NCBI GenBank assembly: GCA_036149055.1
Contig: JAYZQJ010000227.1
Location: 64,001 to 128,000 of the forward strand
From: Myxococcota bacterium
Lineage (GTDB): Bacteria > Myxococcota_A > Polyangia > Polyangiales > Sandaracinaceae
Length of the DNA: 64,000 bases
Direction of reading: 5' to 3'
The notes beneath the pieces were generated by a model, which had not been told where the DNA came from, made no database searches, and saw nothing but the letters and a program-made list of their open reading frames with translations. Within the stretch, counting starts at the first letter, position 1, and each line of letters opens with the position of its first letter. Below are positions 20,186 through 29,378 of this stretch, piece by piece. Both the position numbers and the translations under genes were made by a program.

Positions 20186-21622
20186 CTAGGAGGACCAGAG
20201 ATCGGCGGCGAGGTGGTCGACGTAGGCGACGGCTTCGAGGCCGGTGGGGAGGCCGGCGAGGCGGCGGAGCTCCTCGTCGGGCTCTTCGCTCGCCTGGAGG
20301 CGCAGGGTCACGATGGCGTCGCGGCGGGCCTGGTCGATCCGGGCGCGCTCGGCGTCGGTGAGCTGGGGCTCGAGCCAGGCGGCGACCGCCCAGCTGAGCT
20401 CGGCGTGTCGGATCTCGTCGTCGGCGATCTCTCGCATCGCCGCCGCGATCTCGGCGTCCTCCGCGCGGAGCGCCTGGTGCGCGCCCACCAGGGCGCCGAA
20501 GGTCTCACGAACGCAACCTTCCACCGCGTTCTCCAGCGCGATCTCGAAGGCGCTGCGGGGGCGGCGGGCGTCGATCGTCGGCTCGAGGCCGACTGCGCCG
20601 TACCTCGAAGCGACCGCGCCCATCGCGTCCGCGTGCCGCACCTCGTCCGCCCGCGCCTCGCGCGCCCGGGCCAGCAGCGCGTCCGGGGCGCCGAGCGCTC
20701 CGAGCTCGTCGATCAGCACGTCGAAGGCGGCCACCGCGCTCGCCTCGAGGCGAGCCACGTGTCCGAACCAGCGGCCGACGGTGTCCCGCGCCGAGTCGTC
20801 CGCGCGCAGGCCCTCGGGGCGCCGACCGATGCAGCCGAAGTCCTCCTCGCGCGCCACCTCGCGCTCGTCCTCGAGCGTCATCTCCCCGCCCGGGCTCACG
20901 TGGAAGGTGAAGCGGGTGGTGATCCAGGGCGAGCCGCAGCCGCCTCCCGCCTGATACGCGTAGACCCGGTAGCCGTCGCCCAGGGTCTCCACCGACGAGA
21001 GGTGCTCGCCGGCGCAGTAGATGTCGTAGCCGGCGTGCCAGACGAGCAGCGCGGCCTCGTTCGGGGTGTCGATGGTGCCCAGGAACGCGAGCACCTCGGC
21101 CGGCTCGATCCGCGCCTGGATCTCGTCGCCGTCGGTGCTCAGGAGCACGTTCTGCCAGATCTCGTTCGTCCGCTCGTCGAACCGGGTCTCGCAGCCGGCG
21201 CGGTCGGAGGCGTCCCCGCAGCGCTCTCCGGTCTCGTGGATCGGCGCGAGCGGCGCCCGGCCGAGCCCGACGCCCCAGGCCCCGAGGTAGTGCGGGGCGC
21301 TCGCCGCGTTCAACCCGTCCACCGCCCGATACTGCCCGTCGGCGCAGAGCACCGCGGGAGGCGGCGGAGGCGGCGGCGGCGGCGGCGGCGGCATGTCGGC
21401 GTCGACGACCTGCGCGTCGCCGCCCACCCCCGAGTCGGCCACCCCGGAGTCCACGCTCCCGTGGCTCATGTTGCAACCCGCCAGGACCGCGGCGGTCACC
21501 GAGGCGTGCGCGAGCTTGCGCAGGTAGTCGCCGAACGACGGCGCCCCGCCGTGGCGCGCGATGAGCGCCCGGAGCGTGCGCCGGGCGGGGTTGTCGTGGT
21601 CGAAGGGTCGTCGAGCCGTCAT
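20186..21622 (-). CDS. Lipoprotein-like protein with a C-terminal ferritin-like (di-iron) domain
   Basis: AVLAGC, poly-Pro linker, GRRPEGL, ARLEASAV, DEVRH, ENAVEGCVRE, DEIRH. Confidence 0.8.
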   Translation of the reverse strand: MTARRPFDHDNPARRTLRALIARHGGAPSFGDYLRKLAHASVTAAVLAGCNMSHGSVDSGVADSGVGGDAQVVDADMPPPPPPPPPPPPAVLCADGQYRAVDGLNAASAPHYLGAWGVGLGRAPLAPIHETGERCGDASDRAGCETRFDERTNEIWQNVLLSTDGDEIQARIEPAEVLAFLGTIDTPNEAALLVWHAGYDIYCAGEHLSSVETLGDGYRVYAYQAGGGCGSPWITTRFTFHVSPGGEMTLEDEREVAREEDFGCIGRRPEGLRADDSARDTVGRWFGHVARLEASAVAAFDVLIDELGALGAPDALLARAREARADEVRHADAMGAVASRYGAVGLEPTIDARRPRSAFEIALENAVEGCVRETFGALVGAHQALRAEDAEIAAAMREIADDEIRHAELSWAVAAWLEPQLTDAERARIDQARRDAIVTLRLQASEEPDEELRRLAGLPTGLEAVAYVDHLAADLWSS

Positions 21623-21636
21623 GAGCGGAGTCGAGC

Positions 21637-21652
21637 AGCATCGCGCGTGCCA
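21637..21652 (-). promoter_or_regulatory. Putative sigma-54 promoter
   Basis: TGGCACGCGCGATGCT (GG-N10-GC) just upstream of ATG 21622. Confidence 0.55.
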
Positions 21653-21702
21653 CGAGGGGACGTGGGCGATCGGCCGGGAGGCCAGGCACAACCCGGCACG
21701 CT

Positions 21703-23829
21703 TCAGGCCACCTCGACCGGGATCCCGCTGAGCACCGCGTTGCCGCTGAGCGCGTCGACGCGGCGGTCGTCGGTCAGGTCGTTGAGGCTCGCGCCGGCGT
21801 GGGCCCGGGCCACCTCGAGGCGCACCCCCTCGCGGTCGTGGCCGAAGCCGTGCGGCAGGCTCACCACGCCCGGCATCACGTCCTCGGTCAGCTCGACCGG
21901 GACGGTCACCGCGCCGGTGCGCGAGCGGACCTCGACCTCGTCGCCGTCGTCGATGCGGCGCGCCTCGGCGTCCTCGGGGTGCATGAGCAGGGTACAGATC
22001 GGCTTGCCCGCCATCAGCTTCGGCACGTTGTGCATCCAGCTGTTGTTGCTCCGGAGGTGGCGCCGCCCGATCAGGCTCAGCCCGCGCACCCGACCGCCGC
22101 TCCCCTCGAGCCGGGGCAGGTCGTCGAGGAAGCGCTTCGGCGCGATGTCGAGCTTCTCCCGCCACGGCTTCATGCGGCCCGGGAGCTGCGACTCGAGCGG
22201 CCCGAGGTCGACGCCGTGCGGACGCTTCTCGAGCGCCGACACGCTGAGCCCGCGCCGCGGCGGCCAGGCGCGCGCGCCGTGGGGGCCGAGCCGGAGGCCG
22301 AGATCGACGATCGCCTCGGGGCCGAGCCGCTTCATCGCCGCGTACCGGACGCGCTTGCCGGCCGTGAGGGTGCCGCGCCGCCGCTCGAGGCGCTCGACCA
22401 GCTCGATCAGGATGCGGTGCTCCGGCATGCCCTTCGGGGCGAAGAGCGGCGGCGCGTACTTCGCGGTGTTGCGCACCGCGAGGTGATGGAAGGCGACGTC
22501 GTAGTGGGGCCGCTCGAGGGGCGACGGCGGCGGCAGGATCACGCTCGCGTGGCGTGTGGTCTCGTTCACGTAGAAGTCGACGCAGACCACGTGCTCCAGC
22601 CCGGCGATCGCCCGGTCGAGCTGCCCGCCGTTCGGGGTCGAGAGCACCGGGTTGCCCGCGCTGGTGATCAGGGCCCTCACCTGGCCCTCGCCTTCGGTGA
22701 GCATCTCTTCGGCCAGCACCGCGACCGGCAGCTCCCCGTTGTGCTCGGGCAGCCCGCGCACCCGGCTGCTCCAGCGCCCGAACGAGCCGCGGCCGATGCC
22801 GAAACCGAGCGGCGCGTTCACCGCGTCGACCGCCGGGGTGGTCAGCATCGCGCCGCCGGGGCGGTCGAAGTTGCCGGTCACGAGGTTGATCGCCTGGATC
22901 AGCCACTGGCAGAGGCCGCCGAACTCCTGGGTCGAGCAGCCGAAGCGCCCGTAGACGACCGCGCGCTCGGCCGCGCAGAGCTCGTTCGCCATCGAGACGA
23001 GGGTGTCCTCGTCGATCTCGGTGCGCTCCGCGGCGCGCTCGGGCGTGAAGGGCTCCATCGCCTCGCGCAGCGCGTCCATGCCCTCGACGTGCCCCTCGAG
23101 GTGGCCGAGCCCGCGGCCCGCCCGGAGCGCCACGTGCAAGATCGCCGCGAGCAGCCAGGCGTCGGTCCCCGGCCGGATGAAGCAGTGCGCGTCGGCCATC
23201 TTGGCGGTCTCGGTGCGGCGGGGATCGATCACCACCACCTTGCCCCCGCGCTCCTGGATCGCCTTCAGCCGCCGCTTCACGTCGGGGGCGCTCATCAGGC
23301 TGCCGTTCGACGCCAGGGGGTTGGCGCCGAGGATCACCATGTGGTCCGTGCGGTCGATGTCGGGGATCGGCAGCAGGAACTGGTGGCCGAGCATGAAGTG
23401 CGCGGCGAGGTGATGGGGGAGCTGGTCGACGCTGGTCGCCGAGTACTTGTTCTTCGTCTTCAGGGCCCGCATCAGCATCGGCGCGAAGAGCGCGGCCGGG
23501 AGCGAGTGCACGGTGGGGTTGCCGAGGTACATCGCGACCGCGTCGCGCCCGTGCGCCTCCTGCACCCGGTGGATCCCCTCGGCGGCGAGCTCGAGCGCCT
23601 CCTCCCAGCCGCACTCCACGAAGCGCCCGCCCTCCTTCTTGAGCGGCGCGCGCAGTCGATCCGGGTCGGCGTGCAGCCCCGCGAGCGCGGGCCCCTTGGG
23701 GCACACGTAGCCCTGCGAGAAGGGATCCTCCCGGTCCCCTCGGATCGACACCACGCGCTCGCCGTCGGTCTCGATCGCGAGCCCGCACATCGCCTCGCAC
23801 AGCGGGCAGCTCCGGAAGTGCTCCGTCAT
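21703..23829 (-). CDS. Molybdopterin (bis-MGD) oxidoreductase family protein
   Basis: CPLCEAMCG...CPKG Fe-S motif, GANPLASNGS, IDPRRTETA, IRPGTD, NNSWMHN, MHPEDA. Confidence 0.92.
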   Translation of the reverse strand: MTEHFRSCPLCEAMCGLAIETDGERVVSIRGDREDPFSQGYVCPKGPALAGLHADPDRLRAPLKKEGGRFVECGWEEALELAAEGIHRVQEAHGRDAVAMYLGNPTVHSLPAALFAPMLMRALKTKNKYSATSVDQLPHHLAAHFMLGHQFLLPIPDIDRTDHMVILGANPLASNGSLMSAPDVKRRLKAIQERGGKVVVIDPRRTETAKMADAHCFIRPGTDAWLLAAILHVALRAGRGLGHLEGHVEGMDALREAMEPFTPERAAERTEIDEDTLVSMANELCAAERAVVYGRFGCSTQEFGGLCQWLIQAINLVTGNFDRPGGAMLTTPAVDAVNAPLGFGIGRGSFGRWSSRVRGLPEHNGELPVAVLAEEMLTEGEGQVRALITSAGNPVLSTPNGGQLDRAIAGLEHVVCVDFYVNETTRHASVILPPPSPLERPHYDVAFHHLAVRNTAKYAPPLFAPKGMPEHRILIELVERLERRRGTLTAGKRVRYAAMKRLGPEAIVDLGLRLGPHGARAWPPRRGLSVSALEKRPHGVDLGPLESQLPGRMKPWREKLDIAPKRFLDDLPRLEGSGGRVRGLSLIGRRHLRSNNSWMHNVPKLMAGKPICTLLMHPEDAEARRIDDGDEVEVRSRTGAVTVPVELTEDVMPGVVSLPHGFGHDREGVRLEVARAHAGASLNDLTDDRRVDALSGNAVLSGIPVEVA

Positions 23830-23845
23830 GCCCGAAGGGTAGCGG

Positions 23846-24520
23846 TCAGGCGACCGATTGGCGCTCGCCGGGGACGACCTCGCCGCAGAGCTCGACCAGG
23901 GCGCCGGCGCGGACGCTGACGATCATGGCCGAGTCGGGGTCCATCTCCGCCGGGAAGAGCCCGGTGTCGACAACGACCGCGCGGGCCCCGTGCTCGAGGT
24001 ACTGCGGGGCGTTGTCGGAGCCGACGCCGCCGAAGGCGATGAGCTTCGCCTCCGGGAAGGCGCTCGAGAGCCAACCGAAGTACTCGGGGCCGCCGAGCCC
24101 GTGGGCCGGGATGACGCAGATCGGGCCGTCGTGGATCCGCACCGCGGTGTGGACCTCGTTCGGCGTCGTGACGCTCGGGATGACGTCCAGCCCCCGCGCT
24201 CGACCGGTCTGGACCAGCTCGAGGTCGAAGATCGGCGAGAGCACGAACTCGGCCCCGGCGGCGAGCGCGACGTTGAGCTGGTCGGAGACGACCACGTCGC
24301 TGAGCCCCACCGTCGCGTCGGTCATGTCGGCCACCTCGGCCGCGATCTCGGCCACGAAGGGCACCGAGATCGGCAGGGCCAGGACCTCGATCCCGCCCTC
24401 GGCGGCCGCGAGCGCGCGCGCCAGCAGCCCCTCGCGCTCCGGCGCCTGCACGATCGTCGCGAGCTTGCAGCGCTCGAGCACGTCCACCGCGTCCCCCATG
24501 GCCCGCACAGCTATCCCCAT
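23846..24520 (-). CDS. KDPG/KHG aldolase (Eda)-like protein lacking catalytic residues
   Basis: AGAEFVLSP, IPSVTTPNE, PAHGLGG, GGV motifs; Schiff-base Lys position reads Cys. Confidence 0.75.
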   Translation of the reverse strand: MGIAVRAMGDAVDVLERCKLATIVQAPEREGLLARALAAAEGGIEVLALPISVPFVAEIAAEVADMTDATVGLSDVVVSDQLNVALAAGAEFVLSPIFDLELVQTGRARGLDVIPSVTTPNEVHTAVRIHDGPICVIPAHGLGGPEYFGWLSSAFPEAKLIAFGGVGSDNAPQYLEHGARAVVVDTGLFPAEMDPDSAMIVSVRAGALVELCGEVVPGERQSVA

Positions 24521-24722
24521 TCACGGCCCCGTGGTCAAGCCCGAACGCCCCCCGTGCCCCTGCCCGTGCCCGCGAGAGACCCTTTTCCGGAGGAGACCCA
24601 CGAGCAGGGGACCTGGGCAGGGCCTCGGGGAATGACCTATGCTCCCAACCGGTTGCGTGCCTGAGGCCGCGCTACGGGCTGGGGGGCCGCGGGCGCGAGC
24701 GACCCATGTCGGGGGAATCGAG

Positions 24723-25355
24723 TTGTTGATCTACGCGTACCTGGTCTCGCTGATCGTCGGAGGGGTGCTCCTCGGAGCCTCGATCCTCCTGGGCGGCAAG
24801 GACCTCGACGCGGACGCCGACGCCGACGTCGATCTGGACGTCGACGCGGACGCGGACGCCGACCTGGACCTCGACGCGGACGCGGACGGGGAGTTCGACA
24901 AGGACGTCGGAGGCCACGGGGACTTCTCGGGCTTCCTGTTCATGTTCCTCTCGCTTCGCTTCTGGACCTTCTTCCTCGCCTTCTTCGGGCTCACCGGCCT
25001 GGTGCTCGACGGGCTCAGCCTCGTCAGCTCGGAGTGGCTCGGGCTCGGGCTGGCGCTCGGCATGGGCTTCGGCACCGGCGCGCTGGCGATGAGCGTGATC
25101 CGCATGCTGGGCTCGGACACGAGCGGCAGCGCGGTGCGGAGCACCGACTACATCGGCAAGACGGCGCGGGTCGTCGTGCCGATCGAGAAGGGCAGCGTCG
25201 GCAAGGTGCGCGTGGACATCAAGGGCACCAGCGTCGACCTGCTCGCCAGCGGGCTCGAGGAAGACGGCTTCACGGGCAAGGAAGAGGTCCTCATCGTCGA
25301 GATGGACGGGCCTCGGGCGCGGGTCGCGCGCCTGGATCCCAACGGCAAGGCCTGA
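24723..25355 (+). CDS. NfeD-like membrane protein (flotillin partner)
   Basis: TM helix, Asp-rich linker, FFLAFFGLTG, C-terminal OB-fold-like IGKTARVVVPI...GKVRV; TTG start inferred. Confidence 0.8.
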   Translation: MLIYAYLVSLIVGGVLLGASILLGGKDLDADADADVDLDVDADADADLDLDADADGEFDKDVGGHGDFSGFLFMFLSLRFWTFFLAFFGLTGLVLDGLSLVSSEWLGLGLALGMGFGTGALAMSVIRMLGSDTSGSAVRSTDYIGKTARVVVPIEKGSVGKVRVDIKGTSVDLLASGLEEDGFTGKEEVLIVEMDGPRARVARLDPNGKA

Positions 25356-25445
25356 TCGGGGAGGGCCGCGAGAGCGGTTCGATCGGGCGGTTCGGCAATT
25401 CGGTTCATTGGGGGGCGTTCGGCGCCGCCGAGGAGAGAAGGAGAG

Positions 25446-26777
25446 ATGCAGTCACCCACCTTTGCGCAGATAGGAGGCGGCGAGCTCTGGGTCGTCGTGT
25501 TCGGCGCGCTCGCGTTCGCAGTCGGCCTGCTCGTGCTCATCGGGATCGCGAGAGCCCTGCTGCACATCGCGCGGCCCAACGAGGCGCTGATCTTCAGCGG
25601 TAAGCGCTACACCACCAGCGACGGCCAGACCCTCGGGTACAAGGTCGTCCGCTCGGGCCGCCGCGCCTTCAAGGTGCCCTTCATCGAGCGGGTCGACCGC
25701 ATCGACATGACGTTGATCCCGGTCGACGTCGTCGTGCAGAACGCCTACTCGAGGGGCAACATACCTCTCATGATTCACGCCATCGCGAACGTGAAGGTGC
25801 ACAGCGACGAGCGGCGCATCAACAACGCCATCGAGCGCTTCCTCGGCAAGCCCACCGCCGAGATCCAGCTCGTCGCGCAGCAGACCCTCGAGGGCGCGCT
25901 CCGCGAGGTGCTCGCGCAGCTCACGCCCGAGGAGGTCAACGAGGACCGGCTGAAGTTCGCCCAGAACCTCATCGAGGCGGCGGAGGACGACCTCGACAAG
26001 CTCGGCCTCCAGCTCGACACGCTGAAGATCCAGAGCGTGTCGGACGACACCGGCTACCTCGACTCGCTCGGGCGCCCGGCCATCGCGCAGGCGCTCCGCG
26101 ACGCGGAGAACGCCGAGAACCAGGCGATGCAGGAGATCGCGCAGGCCCAGGCGGAGGCGACGCAGCGCGCCGAGGTCGCCCGGGCCCACGCCGAGACCAA
26201 CATCCAGAAGAAGCAGAACGAGCTGCGCCGGGTGAAGGCGGAGCTCGAGGGTGAGGCCGCCGCGGTGGAGCGCGAGGCCGACGTGGCCGCGAAGACCGCG
26301 CGGGCCGCGGCGGAGAAGGAGCTCCAGCAGGTGCGCGCCGAGCTCGCGAAGCTCCGGCTCGAGGCCGAGGTGGTCATCCCCTCGGACTTCGACCGCCGGG
26401 CCAAGGCCATCGCGGCGATCGGCCAGGCGGCGCCCACCAAGGAGAACGGTGAGGCGGCCGTCGAGGTCCTCCGCATGATGAGCGACGCGTGGCGCGAGAT
26501 GGGCCCCCAGGCCCGCGAGCTCTACGTCATCCAGCACCTCGAGGAGATCGTCGGCACGGTCGTCGCCCAGCTGGGCAACGTCGACATCGACGAGGTGCAC
26601 GTGCTCGACCAGGGCGACGGCGCAGGCCTGAGCTCGTACGCGGCGACCTACCCCAAGATGGTCGCGGAGGTGATGAAGGCGCTCAAGGAGACCACCGGCG
26701 TGGACGTGCCGGGCATCCTGAGCGGCCAGAGCAGCGGCGGGCACGGCGTGCCGAGCCTGCCCGAGAGGAGGGTCTGA
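25446..26777 (+). CDS. Flotillin/SPFH protein 1
   Basis: PNEALIFSG, AIERFLG, TLEGALR, LTPEEVNEDR, LKIQSVSD, coiled-coil region. Confidence 0.92.
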   Translation: MQSPTFAQIGGGELWVVVFGALAFAVGLLVLIGIARALLHIARPNEALIFSGKRYTTSDGQTLGYKVVRSGRRAFKVPFIERVDRIDMTLIPVDVVVQNAYSRGNIPLMIHAIANVKVHSDERRINNAIERFLGKPTAEIQLVAQQTLEGALREVLAQLTPEEVNEDRLKFAQNLIEAAEDDLDKLGLQLDTLKIQSVSDDTGYLDSLGRPAIAQALRDAENAENQAMQEIAQAQAEATQRAEVARAHAETNIQKKQNELRRVKAELEGEAAAVEREADVAAKTARAAAEKELQQVRAELAKLRLEAEVVIPSDFDRRAKAIAAIGQAAPTKENGEAAVEVLRMMSDAWREMGPQARELYVIQHLEEIVGTVVAQLGNVDIDEVHVLDQGDGAGLSSYAATYPKMVAEVMKALKETTGVDVPGILSGQSSGGHGVPSLPERRV

Positions 26778-28063
26778 TGGGCTTCGGAGCATTCATCGCG
26801 CTGGCGGGGATCGCCCTGATCGCGGTCGTGGCGATCACGCTGGTCATCAAGAACGTGCTCTACGTCTGTCAGCCGAACGAGGTGCTGGTGTTCAGCGGTC
26901 GAAAGAACACGACCACGGATGGACGCACGGTCGGCTACCGGATCATCAAGGGCGGTCGGACGCTGAGGGTGCCCCTCATCGAGACGGTCGACCGGATGGA
27001 CCTGACGAACATGATCATCGAGCTGACGGTGCGGAACGCCTACTCCAAGGGCGGCATCCCGCTGACCGTGCAGGGCGTGGCCAACATCAAGGTGCCCGGT
27101 GAGGAGCCTCTCATCCACGCCAGCCTCGAGCGCTTCCTCGGCAAGAGCCGCGGGGAGATCATGAAGGTCGCGCGCGAGACCCTGGAGGGGAATCTCCGCG
27201 GCGTGCTCGCGATCCTCACGCCCGAGCAGGTCAACCAGGACAAGGAAGCGTTCGCCATGAAGCTCACCGAGGAGGCGGAGCACGACCTGACGAACATCGG
27301 CCTCATCCTGGACACGCTGAAGATCCAGAACGTGACCGACGACGTCGGCTACCTCGACTCCATCGGCCGCATGCGGTCGGCGGAGATCCGCAAGAAGGCG
27401 CAGGTCGCGGAGGCGACGGCCAAGGCGGAGGCGAGCGTCCAGAAGTGGGCGAACACCGAGGGCGCCGAGCTCGCGAAGGTCAACGCGCAGATCCACGTCG
27501 CGATCAAGGACAACGAGCGCCGCATCGCCGACGCGCAGACCAAGCGTGAGGCGATGATCGCCGAGGAGCGCGCGGACGTGCAGGCCACCATCAGCCAGGC
27601 GAAGGCGGAGATCAGCATGCAGGAGGCGCGCATCGAGCAGGTGCGGCAGCGGCTGCAGGCGGACGTGCTCGAGCCGGCCGAGGCGGGACGCAAGCAGATG
27701 GAGCAGCGCGCCAAGGCGGACGCGGCCCAGATCATCGAGCAGGGCCGCGCCACCGCGGAGGTGCTCTCGAGCCTGGCCAAGACCTACCGCGGCAGCGGCA
27801 CCGACGGGCGGGACGTGCTCCTCATGCAGAAGCTCGTCCCCATGCTCCGGACGGTGAGCGGCACCATCGGGGAGCTCCGGGTGGACAAGCTGACGGTGAT
27901 CGGGTCCGGCGCGAAGAACGGCGCCGGCGACTCCGACCTCGCCACGACGCTGGTCCGCACCAACGAGCAGATCAAGGCGGCGACCGGCGTCGACATCCCG
28001 AAGATGTTGACCCGGCTGCAGGGGGAGCCCCGGGAGAGCGGTCCGCCTCCGATCCCGGAGTGA
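26777..28063 (+). CDS. Flotillin/SPFH protein 2
   Basis: PNEVLVFSG, ERFLG, ETLEGNLRG, LTPEQVNQD, LKIQNVTD; TGATG overlap. Confidence 0.92.
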   Translation: MGFGAFIALAGIALIAVVAITLVIKNVLYVCQPNEVLVFSGRKNTTTDGRTVGYRIIKGGRTLRVPLIETVDRMDLTNMIIELTVRNAYSKGGIPLTVQGVANIKVPGEEPLIHASLERFLGKSRGEIMKVARETLEGNLRGVLAILTPEQVNQDKEAFAMKLTEEAEHDLTNIGLILDTLKIQNVTDDVGYLDSIGRMRSAEIRKKAQVAEATAKAEASVQKWANTEGAELAKVNAQIHVAIKDNERRIADAQTKREAMIAEERADVQATISQAKAEISMQEARIEQVRQRLQADVLEPAEAGRKQMEQRAKADAAQIIEQGRATAEVLSSLAKTYRGSGTDGRDVLLMQKLVPMLRTVSGTIGELRVDKLTVIGSGAKNGAGDSDLATTLVRTNEQIKAATGVDIPKMLTRLQGEPRESGPPPIPE

Positions 28064-28101
28064 CCCCGGTCGGGGAGTGACCTTCCTCAGTGCCTCGTTC
28101 T

Positions 28102-28142
28102 GAGACGGGCGGACCTCTTCGGAGGTTCGCCCGTTTCGCGTT
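28102..28142 (+). terminator. Probable intrinsic terminator after the flotillin operon
   Basis: 16-bp stem GAGACGGGCGGACCTC / GAGGTTCGCCCGTTTC with a TTCG loop. Confidence 0.7.
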
Positions 28143-28257
28143 GGGACACCGGACGCGAGGGGGCGGCCGGCAGCGGATCGCGGATGGTCCCGACAGCTGT
28201 TGGCGCGACCCGACAATCGAACCCAAGTCGGGGGTCCGAACCGGTCAGAGGGCGCCA

Positions 28258-28273
28258 TGGCACGCCGGTTGCG
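28258..28273 (+). promoter_or_regulatory. Putative sigma-54 promoter
   Basis: TGGCACGCCGGTTGCG, 80 nt upstream of the AraC gene. Confidence 0.65.
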
Positions 28274-28352
28274 AACCGGTTCATTCGTGACCTGCCCGGT
28301 GCGGGGTGGGAACTGAAATCCCAACGGGGGGACGACCCCAAGTGAGCCCAAC

Positions 28353-29378
28353 ATGACGTCCGACGCAGCATCCATTGCATGGTACCTCCGCCGCGCGACG
28401 CCCACGAGCGCCATCGAGTGGCCCGAGGGCGCGGCCGGAGACTCTCCGCCCGACTACCCGACTCGGCTGCCCACGTCCGACGTGACGCGGCTGCTCGAGC
28501 AGGCGACGCAGCACGGCCCCGCGGCCGCCGCCCGCGCCGGCGTCGAGGCGGGACGAAGGCCGGTGACCGCGCTCCCGCTCCTCGTGCGAGCCAGCGCCAA
28601 GGCCAGCGAGGCGGCCGATCACGCGAGCCAGTTCTGGAGCGCGTTCAGCGGCAGCACCCGGCTCGAGAGCCGGAGCGAAGGCGGCCGCTGGGAGCTGGTG
28701 CTGGTCGAGAACTGGCGCGAGCGCACCCGCGGGCAGGACCTGCTGCTCCAGTACCTGGTCGGCAGCCTGGTCGGCGCGCTCGCCGAGCACACCGCCGGCG
28801 CGGTGCAGCCGCGCGAGATCCGGCTCCCGGGCGTGCCTCACGCGGGCGACGACGAGGTGGCGCGGGCGCTCGGCGCGCCCATCCAGCGAGGCTCGGACCT
28901 CGCGCGGGTGGTCTACGATCGGAGCGCCGGCGACGTGCCGCTGCGCACCGCCGACGCGCTCGTCTCGACCTTCCTCGCCGCGGAGCTCCAGCGCGCCATC
29001 CAGCGCCTCCGCCTCGCGGTGACCTGGCAGATCGACGAGCTCATCCGCGAGAACCTCTCGGAGGGCCTCGGGATGCGGGACGCGGCCAAGCACCTCGGCC
29101 TGAGCGAGCGGACCCTGCGCCGCCGGCTCGACGAGGAGGGCACGTCCTTCCGCGAGCGCCTCGACCACGTCCGCCGCGGGCGCGCCCTCGAGCTGCTCGC
29201 CGACCACGACGTGCAGACGGTCGCCCGGCAGCTCGGCTTCGTCGACGCCCGCTCGTTCCAGCGCGCCTTCCGCCGCTGGACGCGCATGACGCCGCTCGAG
29301 CACAAGCGCCGCCTCCGCGCGGCCGCGCGCCAGGCCCCGATGGTCTCGCGCACGCACGCCGCCGAGGCGGCTCAGTAG
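28353..29378 (+). CDS. AraC-family transcriptional regulator
   Basis: C-terminal AKHLGLSERTLRRRL and VARQLGFVDARSFQRAFRRWTRMTP. Confidence 0.9.
   Translation: MTSDAASIAWYLRRATPTSAIEWPEGAAGDSPPDYPTRLPTSDVTRLLEQATQHGPAAAARAGVEAGRRPVTALPLLVRASAKASEAADHASQFWSAFSGSTRLESRSEGGRWELVLVENWRERTRGQDLLLQYLVGSLVGALAEHTAGAVQPREIRLPGVPHAGDDEVARALGAPIQRGSDLARVVYDRSAGDVPLRTADALVSTFLAAELQRAIQRLRLAVTWQIDELIRENLSEGLGMRDAAKHLGLSERTLRRRLDEEGTSFRERLDHVRRGRALELLADHDVQTVARQLGFVDARSFQRAFRRWTRMTPLEHKRRLRAAARQAPMVSRTHAAEAAQ

Noticed and set aside
20186..23800. 1204-aa ORF suggesting a fusion
   Set aside because: The upstream part is an alternative frame of the molybdopterin oxidoreductase gene; the real gene starts near 21622.
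28284..28352. Possible riboswitch in the AraC leader
   Set aside because: Only two short hairpins; no cobalamin, c-di-GMP or other aptamer consensus that I can recognise.
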